From contig CABMEP010000051.1 of assembly GCA_902385155.1 (NCBI GenBank), positions 1 to 44,244 on the forward strand: DNA of 44,244 nucleotides. Direction: 5' to 3'. The position numbers and the translations under genes were made by a program. Shown piece after piece: positions 8,438 to 16,644 of this stretch; position 1 is the first letter of the stretch, and each line of letters starts with the position of its first letter. Below the pieces are notes generated by a model. The model saw only the letters and a list, made by a program, of their open reading frames with translations, was not told the origin of the DNA and made no database searches. The stretch comes from an uncultured archaeon (GTDB taxonomy: Archaea; Micrarchaeota; Micrarchaeia; CABMEP01).

Positions 8438-9259
8438 CTAGATACGCTGCCAGACGCCGAACATCTGATAGTCGCAGCATGCCTGCCTGTCTAATCTGCG
8501 TCCGAGGCCGGCGCAGCCCGCCCGCCTGAACATCGAGCCGTTTTCTATCTCCCAGGTCCCGATATCGAAATGTGTCGGGTGGATCAGCAGGAACCCGCCC
8601 GGCGCCAGCACCCTGTGTATCTCCCTTAACGCGTCCGAGTCCCTTATTCCGTCGAGAGGGATCATCGCCAGGGCGTATGAGGAGACCACGGCGTCGAAGA
8701 ACCCGTCAGCGAATGGAAGCGAGTACCCATTGCCCTCTCCGCTCGGGACAACGAGGTTCCTCACCCCGAAGAACGTGCCGATGGATACCGCGAACTCGTC
8801 CGTGTCGGCGCCCCAGGAATCGAGCCCCAGGTCTTTCCTCATCCAGGCCGCAAGCCAGCCGACATTGCAGCAGAAGTCGAGAACCTTGCCCACTTTGCTG
8901 CCCAGAGGGCAACGGTGGAACCTGGCGATCCCGTCGAGCACGGGCGACTGGGTGTCCAAGAGCTCTCCGTGGGACAGCGCCGTGACCCCGCCGAACGCGG
9001 CCTCCCAGCAGCCGACGGGCCTCGCGACATCGAGGAAGGGCAGCCTGCGCCCTATGCTCTCCTCGAACGCGATCAGCTCTCCGATATCGGCGCAGCCGTA
9101 CTGCTCCCTGCTGAAGAAGAACGCTAGATCGGAGAACAGCTTGCGCCTCGCCTTCTCGTCAGCGATGTCGTTGATGCTCTCGAGCTTGGGCAACAGGCTG
9201 CGGGCGAGCCGCCTCTGCTCGCTCACGCCCGACATGGCGCGACCGCCCATCTTTTCCAT
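8438..9259 (-). CDS. class I SAM-dependent methyltransferase
   Basis: Motif I-like VLDFCCNVGW and post-motif FFDAVVSSYALAMIP...LAPGGFLLI. The start is set at ATG 9259 (MEKMGG) because a TATA box lies 22-29 nt upstream. The track extension to 9397 is unlikely. Confidence 0.8.
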   Translation of the reverse strand: MEKMGGRAMSGVSEQRRLARSLLPKLESINDIADEKARRKLFSDLAFFFSREQYGCADIGELIAFEESIGRRLPFLDVARPVGCWEAAFGGVTALSHGELLDTQSPVLDGIARFHRCPLGSKVGKVLDFCCNVGWLAAWMRKDLGLDSWGADTDEFAVSIGTFFGVRNLVVPSGEGNGYSLPFADGFFDAVVSSYALAMIPLDGIRDSDALREIHRVLAPGGFLLIHPTHFDIGTWEIENGSMFRRAGCAGLGRRLDRQACCDYQMFGVWQRI

Positions 9260-9280
9260 GTGATAGTGGGGCGTTTGGCG

Positions 9281-9288
9281 TATATAAC
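9281..9288 (-). promoter_or_regulatory. TATA box for the methyltransferase gene
   Basis: The minus strand reads GTTATATA, 22-29 nt upstream of ATG 9259. Confidence 0.5.
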
Positions 9289-9376
9289 CCTGCCGAGAAA
9301 GGAGGAAAACGGGACTCGTGCCCCTAGCCCGGGCCGATGCGAGCCAGGTCGGGAACGGGAGCCGAGGTCGCTCCAA

Positions 9377-9384
9377 TTTTAAAT
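9377..9384 (+). promoter_or_regulatory. TATA box for alaS
   Basis: TTTTAAAT begins 29 nt upstream of ATG 9406, a leaderless-type spacing. Confidence 0.55.
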
Positions 9385-9405
9385 CTTTAACTCCCATCTC
9401 ATACC

Positions 9406-11217
9406 ATGAAGCCTCTTACTTCAAGGCAGCTGAAGCAGCTGTACTTGAGGTTCTTCAAGGAGAAAGGCCATGCGATCATACCTTCAGCATCGCTCGTGCC
9501 CGAGAACGACCCGACTGTGCTGTTCACCACGGCAGGCATGCACCCTCTGGTGCCTTTCCTCCTGGGACAGCCCCATCCGTTGGGCAGGAGATTGGCGAAC
9601 GCCCAGAAATGCATAAGGACGCAGGACATCGACGAGGTCGGCGACGAGACGCATACGACCTTCTTCGAGATGATGGGCAACTGGAGCCTCGGGGATTACT
9701 TCAAGGACGAGGCGATAGGGATGAGCCACGAGTTCCTGCTGTCGAAGGATTGGCTGGACCTCGATCCCGAGAGACTGTCCGTGACATGCTTCGTCGGGGA
9801 TGGAGACGCCCCGAAGGACGAGGAGGCAGCGGGGATATGGATGAAACTTGGCGTGCCCAAGGAAAGGATAGCGTTCCTGCCCAAGAAGGACAACTGGTGG
9901 GGCCCCGCGGGCAGCACCGGACCATGCGGGCCGGATACTGAGATGTTCTACTGGACGCCGAATGACATTCCTGCGCCCAAAGTGTTCGACCCGAAAGACA
10001 AGAGATGGGTCGAGATATGGAACGACGTCTTCCTGCAGTACAACAAGAACAAGGAAGGCAGGTATGAGCCGCTGCGGATGAGGAACGTCGACACGGGACT
10101 GGGCCTGGAGAGGGTGACGATGATCCTCCAAGGCAAGACGAACATATTCGACATAGAATCGTTCAAGCCCGTGATCGAGAAGATCGTCTCTCTCTCAGGA
10201 CAGGGGATTACCGAAGGGAACAGGAGATCGTTCAGGATCATAGCCGACCACATGAGGGCCGCGACGTTCATACTCGGTGACGAGAAGGGGATCGCGCCGT
10301 CGAACGTGGACCAGGGGTACATCCTTAGGCGGTACATAAGGCGGTGCGTCAGGCACGGCAGGCTTCTCGGGATAGAGGAGGACTTCTGCAGGGATGTGGC
10401 AGGCATCGTCATAGACATCCACAAGGGAGACTACCCTGAACTGGAGAAGAACAAGCAGTTCGTGCTCACGGAGCTGGATAAGGAAGAGAACCGGTTCAAG
10501 GAGACATTGGACGCAGGGATCGGGTTCTTCAACAAGATCGCGGACGGGAAGAGGGCGGTCTCCGGCAAGGACGCCTTCCTGCTGTTCCAATCGCACGGCT
10601 TCCCTGTGGAGATGACGAAGGAGCTGATGCAGGAGAAGGGTCTGCAGATCAGCGCGAGTTTCGACAAGGAATTCGACGAGGAATTCCAGAGGCATCAGGA
10701 GCTCTCCAGGCTGGCGACGGAGAAGAAGTTCAAGAGCGGACTCGCCGACACCCAGATGGAGACGATCAAGCTCCACACCGCCACCCACCTGCTGCATGCC
10801 GCGCTGAAGAAGGTGCTGGGGCCCGATGTCAACCAGAAAGGGAGCAACATCACGGTCGAGCGGCTCAGGTTCGACTTCTCGTACGACAAGAAGGTTACTC
10901 CGGAGCAGCTGAAGCAAGTGGAAGACATGGTCAACGAGGCCATAAGGAAGAAGATGACGGTTATCAGGGAAGAGATGACGATCGAAGAGGCGAAGGCCGA
11001 AGGGGCCACCGCTTTGTTCGCAGGCAAATACGGCGAGAAGGTGTCCGTCTATTCCGCCGGGGATTTCTCGAAGGAGGTGTGCACCGGTCCGCACGTGGGC
11101 AACACCGGCGAGCTGGGGCATTTCAGGATCCTGAAGGAGGAATCGGTCGCCGCGGGGATAAGAAGGATAAAGGCGATCGTCGCCCCCGAACCGGAACAGA
11201 AATACATGAGCCATTGA
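9406..11217 (+). CDS. alaS: alanyl-tRNA synthetase, short form (603 aa, no C-Ala domain)
   Basis: FFKEKGHAIIPSASLVPENDPTVLFTTAGM and FFEMMGNWSLGDYFK are present. Editing-domain ligands are HTATHLLH and CTGPHV. The ORF ends ~35 aa after the editing domain. Confidence 0.9.
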   Translation: MKPLTSRQLKQLYLRFFKEKGHAIIPSASLVPENDPTVLFTTAGMHPLVPFLLGQPHPLGRRLANAQKCIRTQDIDEVGDETHTTFFEMMGNWSLGDYFKDEAIGMSHEFLLSKDWLDLDPERLSVTCFVGDGDAPKDEEAAGIWMKLGVPKERIAFLPKKDNWWGPAGSTGPCGPDTEMFYWTPNDIPAPKVFDPKDKRWVEIWNDVFLQYNKNKEGRYEPLRMRNVDTGLGLERVTMILQGKTNIFDIESFKPVIEKIVSLSGQGITEGNRRSFRIIADHMRAATFILGDEKGIAPSNVDQGYILRRYIRRCVRHGRLLGIEEDFCRDVAGIVIDIHKGDYPELEKNKQFVLTELDKEENRFKETLDAGIGFFNKIADGKRAVSGKDAFLLFQSHGFPVEMTKELMQEKGLQISASFDKEFDEEFQRHQELSRLATEKKFKSGLADTQMETIKLHTATHLLHAALKKVLGPDVNQKGSNITVERLRFDFSYDKKVTPEQLKQVEDMVNEAIRKKMTVIREEMTIEEAKAEGATALFAGKYGEKVSVYSAGDFSKEVCTGPHVGNTGELGHFRILKEESVAAGIRRIKAIVAPEPEQKYMSH

Positions 11218-11285
11218 ACTGCGGGTTCTCGGTGGGATTAAGCATTTAAAAGATGTCTGACGTTAGTATTCCAGTCTTAAGGGAG

Positions 11286-11358
11286 GGCCCTATAGTCGAA
11301 TGGTTAAGACGCCACTCTCACACAGTGGAGACTGGGAGTTCGATCCTCCCTGGGGCCA
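11286..11358 (+). tRNA. tRNA-Val(CAC)
   Basis: Hand-folded cloverleaf. The acceptor GGCCCUA/UGGGGCC has 7 bp, the anticodon stem is CCACU/AGUGG, the loop is CUCACAC and the T arm is GGGAG-UUCGAUC-CUCCC. The discriminator is A and no CCA is encoded. Confidence 0.9.
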
Positions 11359-11394
11359 CTCATCCTCCTCGAGGATAACAAGCAAGGTGCAAAC

Positions 11395-11754
11395 ATGCCG
11401 TTATACCATCCAGGCAAGATCATCGCAGTGTACAGCCCGACATCCAAGGACGTCGCCGGCTCGGACAGCGGGACGCAGGCGCTCGTGGAGATGTGGGACG
11501 AGAACGTGTTCACGTGCGACGTCGAGAAGGCGATCGCCCCGAAGCTGAAGGAAGGGGATGTCGTGCTCATAGACTACAGCCCGGTGTCGCCGAAGATGAT
11601 GATACCGAAGCAGTCGGTGGTGAAGATACTGCGCGGCCCCATAGCGAAGAAGACTATGGAGAAGTACGCAGAGATCCACAGGAAACGAAAGGCGCATGAG
11701 ACGTCTTCCCAGAGGATGCCCCCGCAGCAGCCGCCATCGCAGCTGTACGGGTAA
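11395..11754 (+). CDS. hypothetical protein (119 aa)
   Basis: ORF with host-like composition between two tRNA genes. It has a basic/Q-P-rich C-terminus. No motif recognised. Confidence 0.5.
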   Translation: MPLYHPGKIIAVYSPTSKDVAGSDSGTQALVEMWDENVFTCDVEKAIAPKLKEGDVVLIDYSPVSPKMMIPKQSVVKILRGPIAKKTMEKYAEIHRKRKAHETSSQRMPPQQPPSQLYG

Positions 11755-11767
11755 CGCTGACACAGAG

Positions 11768-11873
11768 GCCCCGATCGTCTAGTCCGGTCAAGGACGTAGC
11801 CCTCTCAGAAATCTCCTCGGAAGGGGAGGTCCGGAGAAAGGCTAAAACCCGGGTTCAAATCCCGGTCGGAGCA
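11768..11873 (+). tRNA. tRNA-Glu(CUC) with 31-nt intron at 37/38
   Basis: The D arm is GUCU-AGUCCGGUCA-GGAC and the anticodon stem is UAGCC/GGCUA. The loop CUCUCA|intron|A gives anticodon CUC. The T arm is CCGGG-UUCAAAU-CCCGG. The acceptor GCCCCGA/UCGGAGC has one C3.A70 mismatch. Confidence 0.85.
11808..11838 (+). other. tRNA-Glu intron (canonical position)
   Basis: The intron is GAAAUCUCCUCGGAAGGGGAGGUCCGGAGAA, with an internal hairpin CUCCUC/GGGGAG. Its 3' GGAGA is complementary to the anticodon region. Confidence 0.75.
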
Positions 11874-12692
11874 TTTAAGTGGCTTAGCGAAGCGATCACC
11901 CGAAATTTACTGTCTCTTTCTCTTCTTATATCAACAATCGTTGAATTAAACATGCTCGAGCAAACGCCTGAGATGGCTGAGGTCTGCGGTGCATTCATAG
12001 GCGATGGCTGGATAGAATCCAGACAGACATCAATGTACATAACGGGCAATCTAACCGAAGATAGACGGTACTATGATGGACACCTCTCCAAAATATTTTC
12101 GCACAATATAGGCGAAGTAACCCCGAAGGAGTTCCCATACTGGCATGTGTATGGGATAGGTTTCCATAAAAAGAATGTCATTAGGCAATTATCAGAATTT
12201 GGCTTTGTTTCTGGAAGAAAGAATAGAATAACAAGAATACCTGAATGGATAATGAACTCAAAAGATGAACGTATCCAATATTCAGCGCTAAGAGGCATTT
12301 TCGACACGGACGGTTCGTTTTATTGTAAACGAAATTATAGTAAAACCAGCAACACCTGGCGTTTAAGATATCATTGGCAACCGAGAATTCGCATAGGCGT
12401 CGTTTCACCTGGGCTTATTGAAGATATCAAAACAATCGTAGATCGATTTGGAATCAGCTACTCTAATCCGAGTCCACGACCGCCTAGAAAGAGCAATGAA
12501 CAGCCCGCTTATCTGTTTGAGATAAACTCGGTTGAAAATATCAAACGATGGTTCAACGAGATAAAACCAGCTAATTCTAGACAAACCACCAGATATGGGG
12601 TATGGAGAAAGTTTGGGTTCTTACCGCCAAATACAACCCTTGAAGAAAGGAATAAGATAATAGCTGATGAAATAGATGTATACAGTTATTAC
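11874..12692. mobile_element. AT-rich insertion carrying a LAGLIDADG homing endonuclease gene
   Basis: GC is 18/60 at 12181-12240. It lies exactly between two complete tRNA genes. TCTCTTTCT occurs at 11913-11921 and 12800-12808, and a degenerate tRNA-Leu 5'-like stretch lies at 11881-11903. Confidence 0.45.
11925..11932 (+). promoter_or_regulatory. TATA-like box for the endonuclease gene
   Basis: CTTATATC is centred ~24 nt upstream of ATG 11952. Confidence 0.45.
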
Positions 12693-12764
12693 GCAGGGGT
12701 ATCGAAGCGGTCAAACGAGGCAGTCGTTAAAAAAACGGCCTTTACTCAAGATCTGCTCCCTTAG
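11952..12764 (+). CDS. LAGLIDADG-family homing endonuclease (two-motif, monomeric type)
   Basis: The two motifs are VCGAFIGDGW and LRGIFDTDGSFY, about 100 aa apart. The last ~24 codons are read from the tRNA-Leu gene sequence (12693-12764). Confidence 0.8.
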   Translation: MLEQTPEMAEVCGAFIGDGWIESRQTSMYITGNLTEDRRYYDGHLSKIFSHNIGEVTPKEFPYWHVYGIGFHKKNVIRQLSEFGFVSGRKNRITRIPEWIMNSKDERIQYSALRGIFDTDGSFYCKRNYSKTSNTWRLRYHWQPRIRIGVVSPGLIEDIKTIVDRFGISYSNPSPRPPRKSNEQPAYLFEINSVENIKRWFNEIKPANSRQTTRYGVWRKFGFLPPNTTLEERNKIIADEIDVYSYYAGVSKRSNEAVVKKTAFTQDLLP

Positions 12765-12796
12765 TGGGTTCGAGAGTTCGAATCTCTCCCCCTGCA
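12693..12796 (+). tRNA. tRNA-Leu(CAA), type II, with 20-nt intron in the anticodon stem (30/31)
   Basis: The acceptor is GCAGGGG/CCCCUGC and the D arm is UCG-...GG...-CGA. The anticodon stem GCAG[intron]A pairs with UCUGC, and the loop is CUCAAGA. The long variable arm is UCCCUUAGUGGGUUC, the T arm is GAGAG-UUCGAAU-CUCUC and the discriminator is A. Confidence 0.8.
12724..12743 (+). other. non-canonical tRNA-Leu intron
   Basis: The intron is UCGUUAAAAAAACGGCCUUU. Removing it is the only way to restore a 5-bp anticodon stem and a 7-nt loop with U33. Confidence 0.7.
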
Positions 12797-12807
12797 CTCT
12801 CTCTTTC

Positions 12808-15339
12808 TTAATGGAATATCCGCTTCCACGTCTCTGAAACCAGGAAAGGGATCATCGATAGGAGAAGAGCGATGAGCACGTCGTTCTGGGTCAGCGGAAT
12901 GATGCTGAAGACCGTCTGCGCTACGGAGGAACTGCCTAGGATCGTCCAGCCCACCAATGTGACCAGCATCGCGACGAGCAGGCTGTTGTTGGACGCGAGC
13001 TTCGACAACGATGCCCTCCCCTTGCCTGCGAGCTCGCCGGCGACCAGGAACGCCTCTCCGAAGATCAGCAGGGTGAACGCGAGGCTCCTCGCATGGGTCT
13101 CCCCTTTCGCCATCCCGGACGAATACGCCAGCAGGCAGAGCAGGAACAGGAGCGTGCCCTCGACCACCAGGCGAAGGACTGATTTGGTCTCTATGAACGG
13201 CGCATCGCGCTTGCGCGGAGGCCTGAGCATGACATCCGCCTCGGCCGGCTCGCGCTGGAACACGATCGATATCACGGGATGCAGGAACAGCTCGAGGAAT
13301 ATGATGTGTATCGGCATCAGCAGCAGGGGCATGCCCAGCAGAGGTATGACGAATGCGGACAGGAATATCGGCACATGGAAAGCGACGAGGTAGCTGAACG
13401 CCTTCTTCAGGTTGTCGTAGATCACCCTTCCCTGGCGTATCGCCTTGACTATGGTGACGAAATTGTCGTCGAGCAGCACGATCGCGGCCGCTTCCCTGGC
13501 GACTTCCGTGCCTCTCTTGCCCATGGCGACGCCTATGTCTGCGCGCTTGAGCGCCGGGGCGTCGTTCACCCCGTCTCCCGTGACCGCGACCGTGTCTCCC
13601 TGCTCCTGCAGGCTCGAGACGATAGTCAGTTTTTGCTCGGGAAGCACGCGCGAGAACACGTTGTGACTAGCGATGGACCGCGCCAGCCCGTCCTTCGGCA
13701 CCGCGGCCAGTTCCGATCCCTCCATGTGATCGATCCTGCTGAAACCGATGGAATGCGCTATTGCCCTCGCGGTCGCCTTGTGGTCGCCGGTCAGCATCAT
13801 CACGCGTATGCCTGCGGCGTCGCAGTCCTTGATCGATTCCGGAACGCCTTGGCGGACCGGATCGGAGAACGCGAGCAGCGCCAGGAACCCCATCCCTTCC
13901 TCGTCCCTCTTCCTTCCCTGTATCGAATCCAGCGGCTTGCAGGCGAGAGCGAGCATGCGCATTCCCTGCTTCGCCATCCTGTCGTGCGCCTTCTCGATCT
14001 CCTGCCTGGCCTCGTCGCTGATGTCGCACTGGCGGAGGATGCCCTCGATCGATCCTTTCGCATACAGCTTGAACTTCCCGCCGTATCTCCATACGTTGGA
14101 GACGAAGCGGTTCTTGCTGTCGAACGAGTATTCCACTTCCAATGCGCGCTTGAACTGCATGTCCTCGGGGGCGCGGAAGCGCCCGGCGTATTCGAATATA
14201 GATTTCTCCATGGGGTCGGAAGGCTTCCTCTCGCACGCGAGCACCGCCGCCTCGAGCACCTCTCTCGTGCGCGAATGGGCCAGGAACTCGTCCGCGGAAT
14301 TGACGTAACCATCATAATAGACGTTGGTGAGCGTCATCCGTCCCGTCGTCAGCGTGCCTGTCTTGTCCGAGCATATCACGCTCACGCTGCCGAGCGTCTC
14401 CACCGCGGCCATCCGCTTCACGAGCGCGTTGACATAGGCGAGGGACCACGCGCCCAGGCTGAGGAACAGGGCGAACGTGACCGGGAACTCCTCCGGTATC
14501 ACCGCGATCGCCAGGCTGACCGCGTCGAGGAGCGCAGCGGGCCACTGCTTGCCCGCCACGACGATCTGGATAGAGAAGAGGAACAGGAAGAGGAAAGCGG
14601 CGATGATCCCTATGAACGTGATTATCTGGTCTATGTTCTTCTGGAGCGGCGTCTTGGCGGTCTCTATCCTGGAGAGCATCCCGCCGATGTGGCCGTATTG
14701 AGTCTCCAATCCCGTCTTGAACGTGACGCATCGGGCGTGGCCCCCCAGGACTGTCGTGCCCGCGAAGACGACGTTGCGGTTGTTGAACACCTCTTCGGAG
14801 AAGCTGTCCGCGCGCTCCTTCTCCACCAGCATCGATTCCCCTGAAAGCGCGGACTCGTCGACTTTCAGGTAAGAGGATTCCAGCACCACCGCATCGGCGG
14901 GGATCACCTCTCCCTCATGGACGATGAACACGTCTCCCCGGACGATCTCCGCGCTGTCTGCCTCGAATTCCATCCCCCCGCGCACCACCCTCGCGCGAGG
15001 AGAGGCGATCTGTCGGAGCTTCTCCAGCGCGTTCTCGGTCTGGTACGCGATGACAGCATCGATCGCGGCGATGGGGATTGCCGCGAGCAGCATGAGCCAG
15101 GCGTCGAACTGGTCGCCGAGCATGAAGTAGATCGCCGCCGCCCCGACGAGAAGCCAGAGCATCGGCTCCTTGAAGAACGCGAGCAATGAGGAAAAGGCGC
15201 TGGATGTCTTCTTTGGCGTGATCTCGTTCCTTCCATCGCGCTCGAGCCGTTGTATGGCTTCCGCTTGCGATATTCCGTTCTTCTCGTCGGTCTCAAGCTC
15301 GCGCAGCAGGTCGCTCACCACGCGCATTTCGTTGCCCAT
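12808..15339 (-). CDS. cation-transporting P-type ATPase (type IIA, Ca2+-ATPase-like)
   Basis: Motifs ICSDKTGTLTTG, TGDHKATA and VTGDGVNDAPALKRADIGVAMG. It has an N-terminal cation-ATPase-N-like segment and multiple TM helices. Confidence 0.85.
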   Translation of the reverse strand: MGNEMRVVSDLLRELETDEKNGISQAEAIQRLERDGRNEITPKKTSSAFSSLLAFFKEPMLWLLVGAAAIYFMLGDQFDAWLMLLAAIPIAAIDAVIAYQTENALEKLRQIASPRARVVRGGMEFEADSAEIVRGDVFIVHEGEVIPADAVVLESSYLKVDESALSGESMLVEKERADSFSEEVFNNRNVVFAGTTVLGGHARCVTFKTGLETQYGHIGGMLSRIETAKTPLQKNIDQIITFIGIIAAFLFLFLFSIQIVVAGKQWPAALLDAVSLAIAVIPEEFPVTFALFLSLGAWSLAYVNALVKRMAAVETLGSVSVICSDKTGTLTTGRMTLTNVYYDGYVNSADEFLAHSRTREVLEAAVLACERKPSDPMEKSIFEYAGRFRAPEDMQFKRALEVEYSFDSKNRFVSNVWRYGGKFKLYAKGSIEGILRQCDISDEARQEIEKAHDRMAKQGMRMLALACKPLDSIQGRKRDEEGMGFLALLAFSDPVRQGVPESIKDCDAAGIRVMMLTGDHKATARAIAHSIGFSRIDHMEGSELAAVPKDGLARSIASHNVFSRVLPEQKLTIVSSLQEQGDTVAVTGDGVNDAPALKRADIGVAMGKRGTEVAREAAAIVLLDDNFVTIVKAIRQGRVIYDNLKKAFSYLVAFHVPIFLSAFVIPLLGMPLLLMPIHIIFLELFLHPVISIVFQREPAEADVMLRPPRKRDAPFIETKSVLRLVVEGTLLFLLCLLAYSSGMAKGETHARSLAFTLLIFGEAFLVAGELAGKGRASLSKLASNNSLLVAMLVTLVGWTILGSSSVAQTVFSIIPLTQNDVLIALLLSMIPFLVSETWKRIFH

Positions 15340-15374
15340 ACGGCATCAATATCTCTATGGCTGGATTAGAGCAA

Positions 15375-16586
15375 TCAGGCCTGCTCCTTGATCTTCTGAT
15401 AGATGAACACCACGACGAGGATGAACACGAACACCCCGATCAGGTGCAGCGGGGAGATATGCAGCGACGGCTTCTCCTCCACTTCGACCACCGCTGAGCC
15501 GCTGAACGAATACGTGCCTTCGTACCGGTTGACATTGCTCTGCTTGTCGCTGGCGATTATGGAGAACGATACGTTCTGCCCGCCGGCGGGCACCGTCGCC
15601 TCGAATGTGTTCGCCGAGGCGGGATACATCTTGACCTCTGTGTACCCCCCGTCCGCCACGGCGTACCCCAGCGTCGGATTGGAGGCGAGGCCTGACGCGT
15701 ACGTGCCGTCATCAGCCACGGCCGCAGTCACCTGCACGCTGTCCCTGCCATAAGGCGCCGTCCTCACGTCGCGTATCGAAGGGGCGGCGAAATCGAAATA
15801 GATGTCAAGAGTGTCGGATGTTATCGTGGTGTTGATGATCTTCTGCTTGCCGGAGGCGATGACGGAGAATCCCGCCGACTCCTCCGCGAAGCGCGGGAAC
15901 AGCGCGGGAGCGGTCGAGGTCGAGGGCTGCGAATCCCCTCCGAACTCCACCGTGCCGTTTATCCTCCTGCCGAACTCGTCGAACAGCCTCACCTGCAGGT
16001 CGTAGATGGGCAATGTCACGGTTATGGAAGCGGAATCGGACGGATTGACCTTGAGCGCACGGACGATCCCCCTGTAGCTGACCGCCATGTCGGATGCGGT
16101 GCCCGAAGGGAGGGAAAGGTATATCGTGCCGCTGGCGTCCGAAGAGAACATCGTCCCAGCGAACGCGGCGGATGCGCCGCTCACAGGCCGGCTGGAACTG
16201 TCGACAACGGTGATCACTTCCTGCAGGAGCGGGAGCCGGATGAAATACTTCTTGTCGGAATTGTTGAGGAATCCGATCGTGGAGTTGGAGAATCCGACGA
16301 GGGACGCGGTCATGGTGTACGAATGCTCCACGCAGGCGGGATTGAACGTCTCGTCGACCGTGTTCACGAACTCGAAATGCGCCACCCCAAGCCCGTCGGT
16401 CTGCTTGCTGATGCCCACATGGTCTCCGCACTTGGTGGACTGGTACACCACATCGACAGTGGCGTTCTTCAGCGCCTTCCCGTCGCTGCCGATCGCATAT
16501 ACATCGATCTTCTCGGACCAGTAGGCGAACGCCACGCTGGCAAGGAGCATGAAAACGAATGCCGCACCCATTCCTACCCGCGCCAT
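15375..16586 (-). CDS. secreted/surface-anchored protein with beta-rich repeats
   Basis: The N-terminal signal/TM is GAAFVFMLLASVAFAYW and the C-terminal TM anchor is LIGVFVFILVVVFIYQKIKEQA. The middle is Ser/Thr/Val-rich. No enzymatic motif. Confidence 0.55.
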   Translation of the reverse strand: MARVGMGAAFVFMLLASVAFAYWSEKIDVYAIGSDGKALKNATVDVVYQSTKCGDHVGISKQTDGLGVAHFEFVNTVDETFNPACVEHSYTMTASLVGFSNSTIGFLNNSDKKYFIRLPLLQEVITVVDSSSRPVSGASAAFAGTMFSSDASGTIYLSLPSGTASDMAVSYRGIVRALKVNPSDSASITVTLPIYDLQVRLFDEFGRRINGTVEFGGDSQPSTSTAPALFPRFAEESAGFSVIASGKQKIINTTITSDTLDIYFDFAAPSIRDVRTAPYGRDSVQVTAAVADDGTYASGLASNPTLGYAVADGGYTEVKMYPASANTFEATVPAGGQNVSFSIIASDKQSNVNRYEGTYSFSGSAVVEVEEKPSLHISPLHLIGVFVFILVVVFIYQKIKEQA

Positions 16587-16608
16587 GAATCATAGACGTA
16601 GATACAGG

Positions 16609-16616
16609 TTTTAAAC
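16609..16616 (-). promoter_or_regulatory. TATA box for surface protein gene
   Basis: The minus strand reads GTTTAAAA, 23-30 nt upstream of ATG 16586. Confidence 0.5.
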
Positions 16617-16644
16617 CTTGATTCCTGGCGGCAATCCCGGAACG

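Noticed and set aside
9260-9397. A 46-codon N-terminal extension of the methyltransferase ORF.
   Set aside because: It would overlap the alaS promoter region. A TATA box (9281-9288) sits inside it at the right distance from ATG 9259.
11768-12796. The idea that the LAGLIDADG gene sits inside a giant intron of a single tRNA, or between halves of a split tRNA.
   Set aside because: Both flanking tRNAs fold as complete cloverleaves on their own (Glu 11768-11873, Leu 12693-12796), each with its own short intron.
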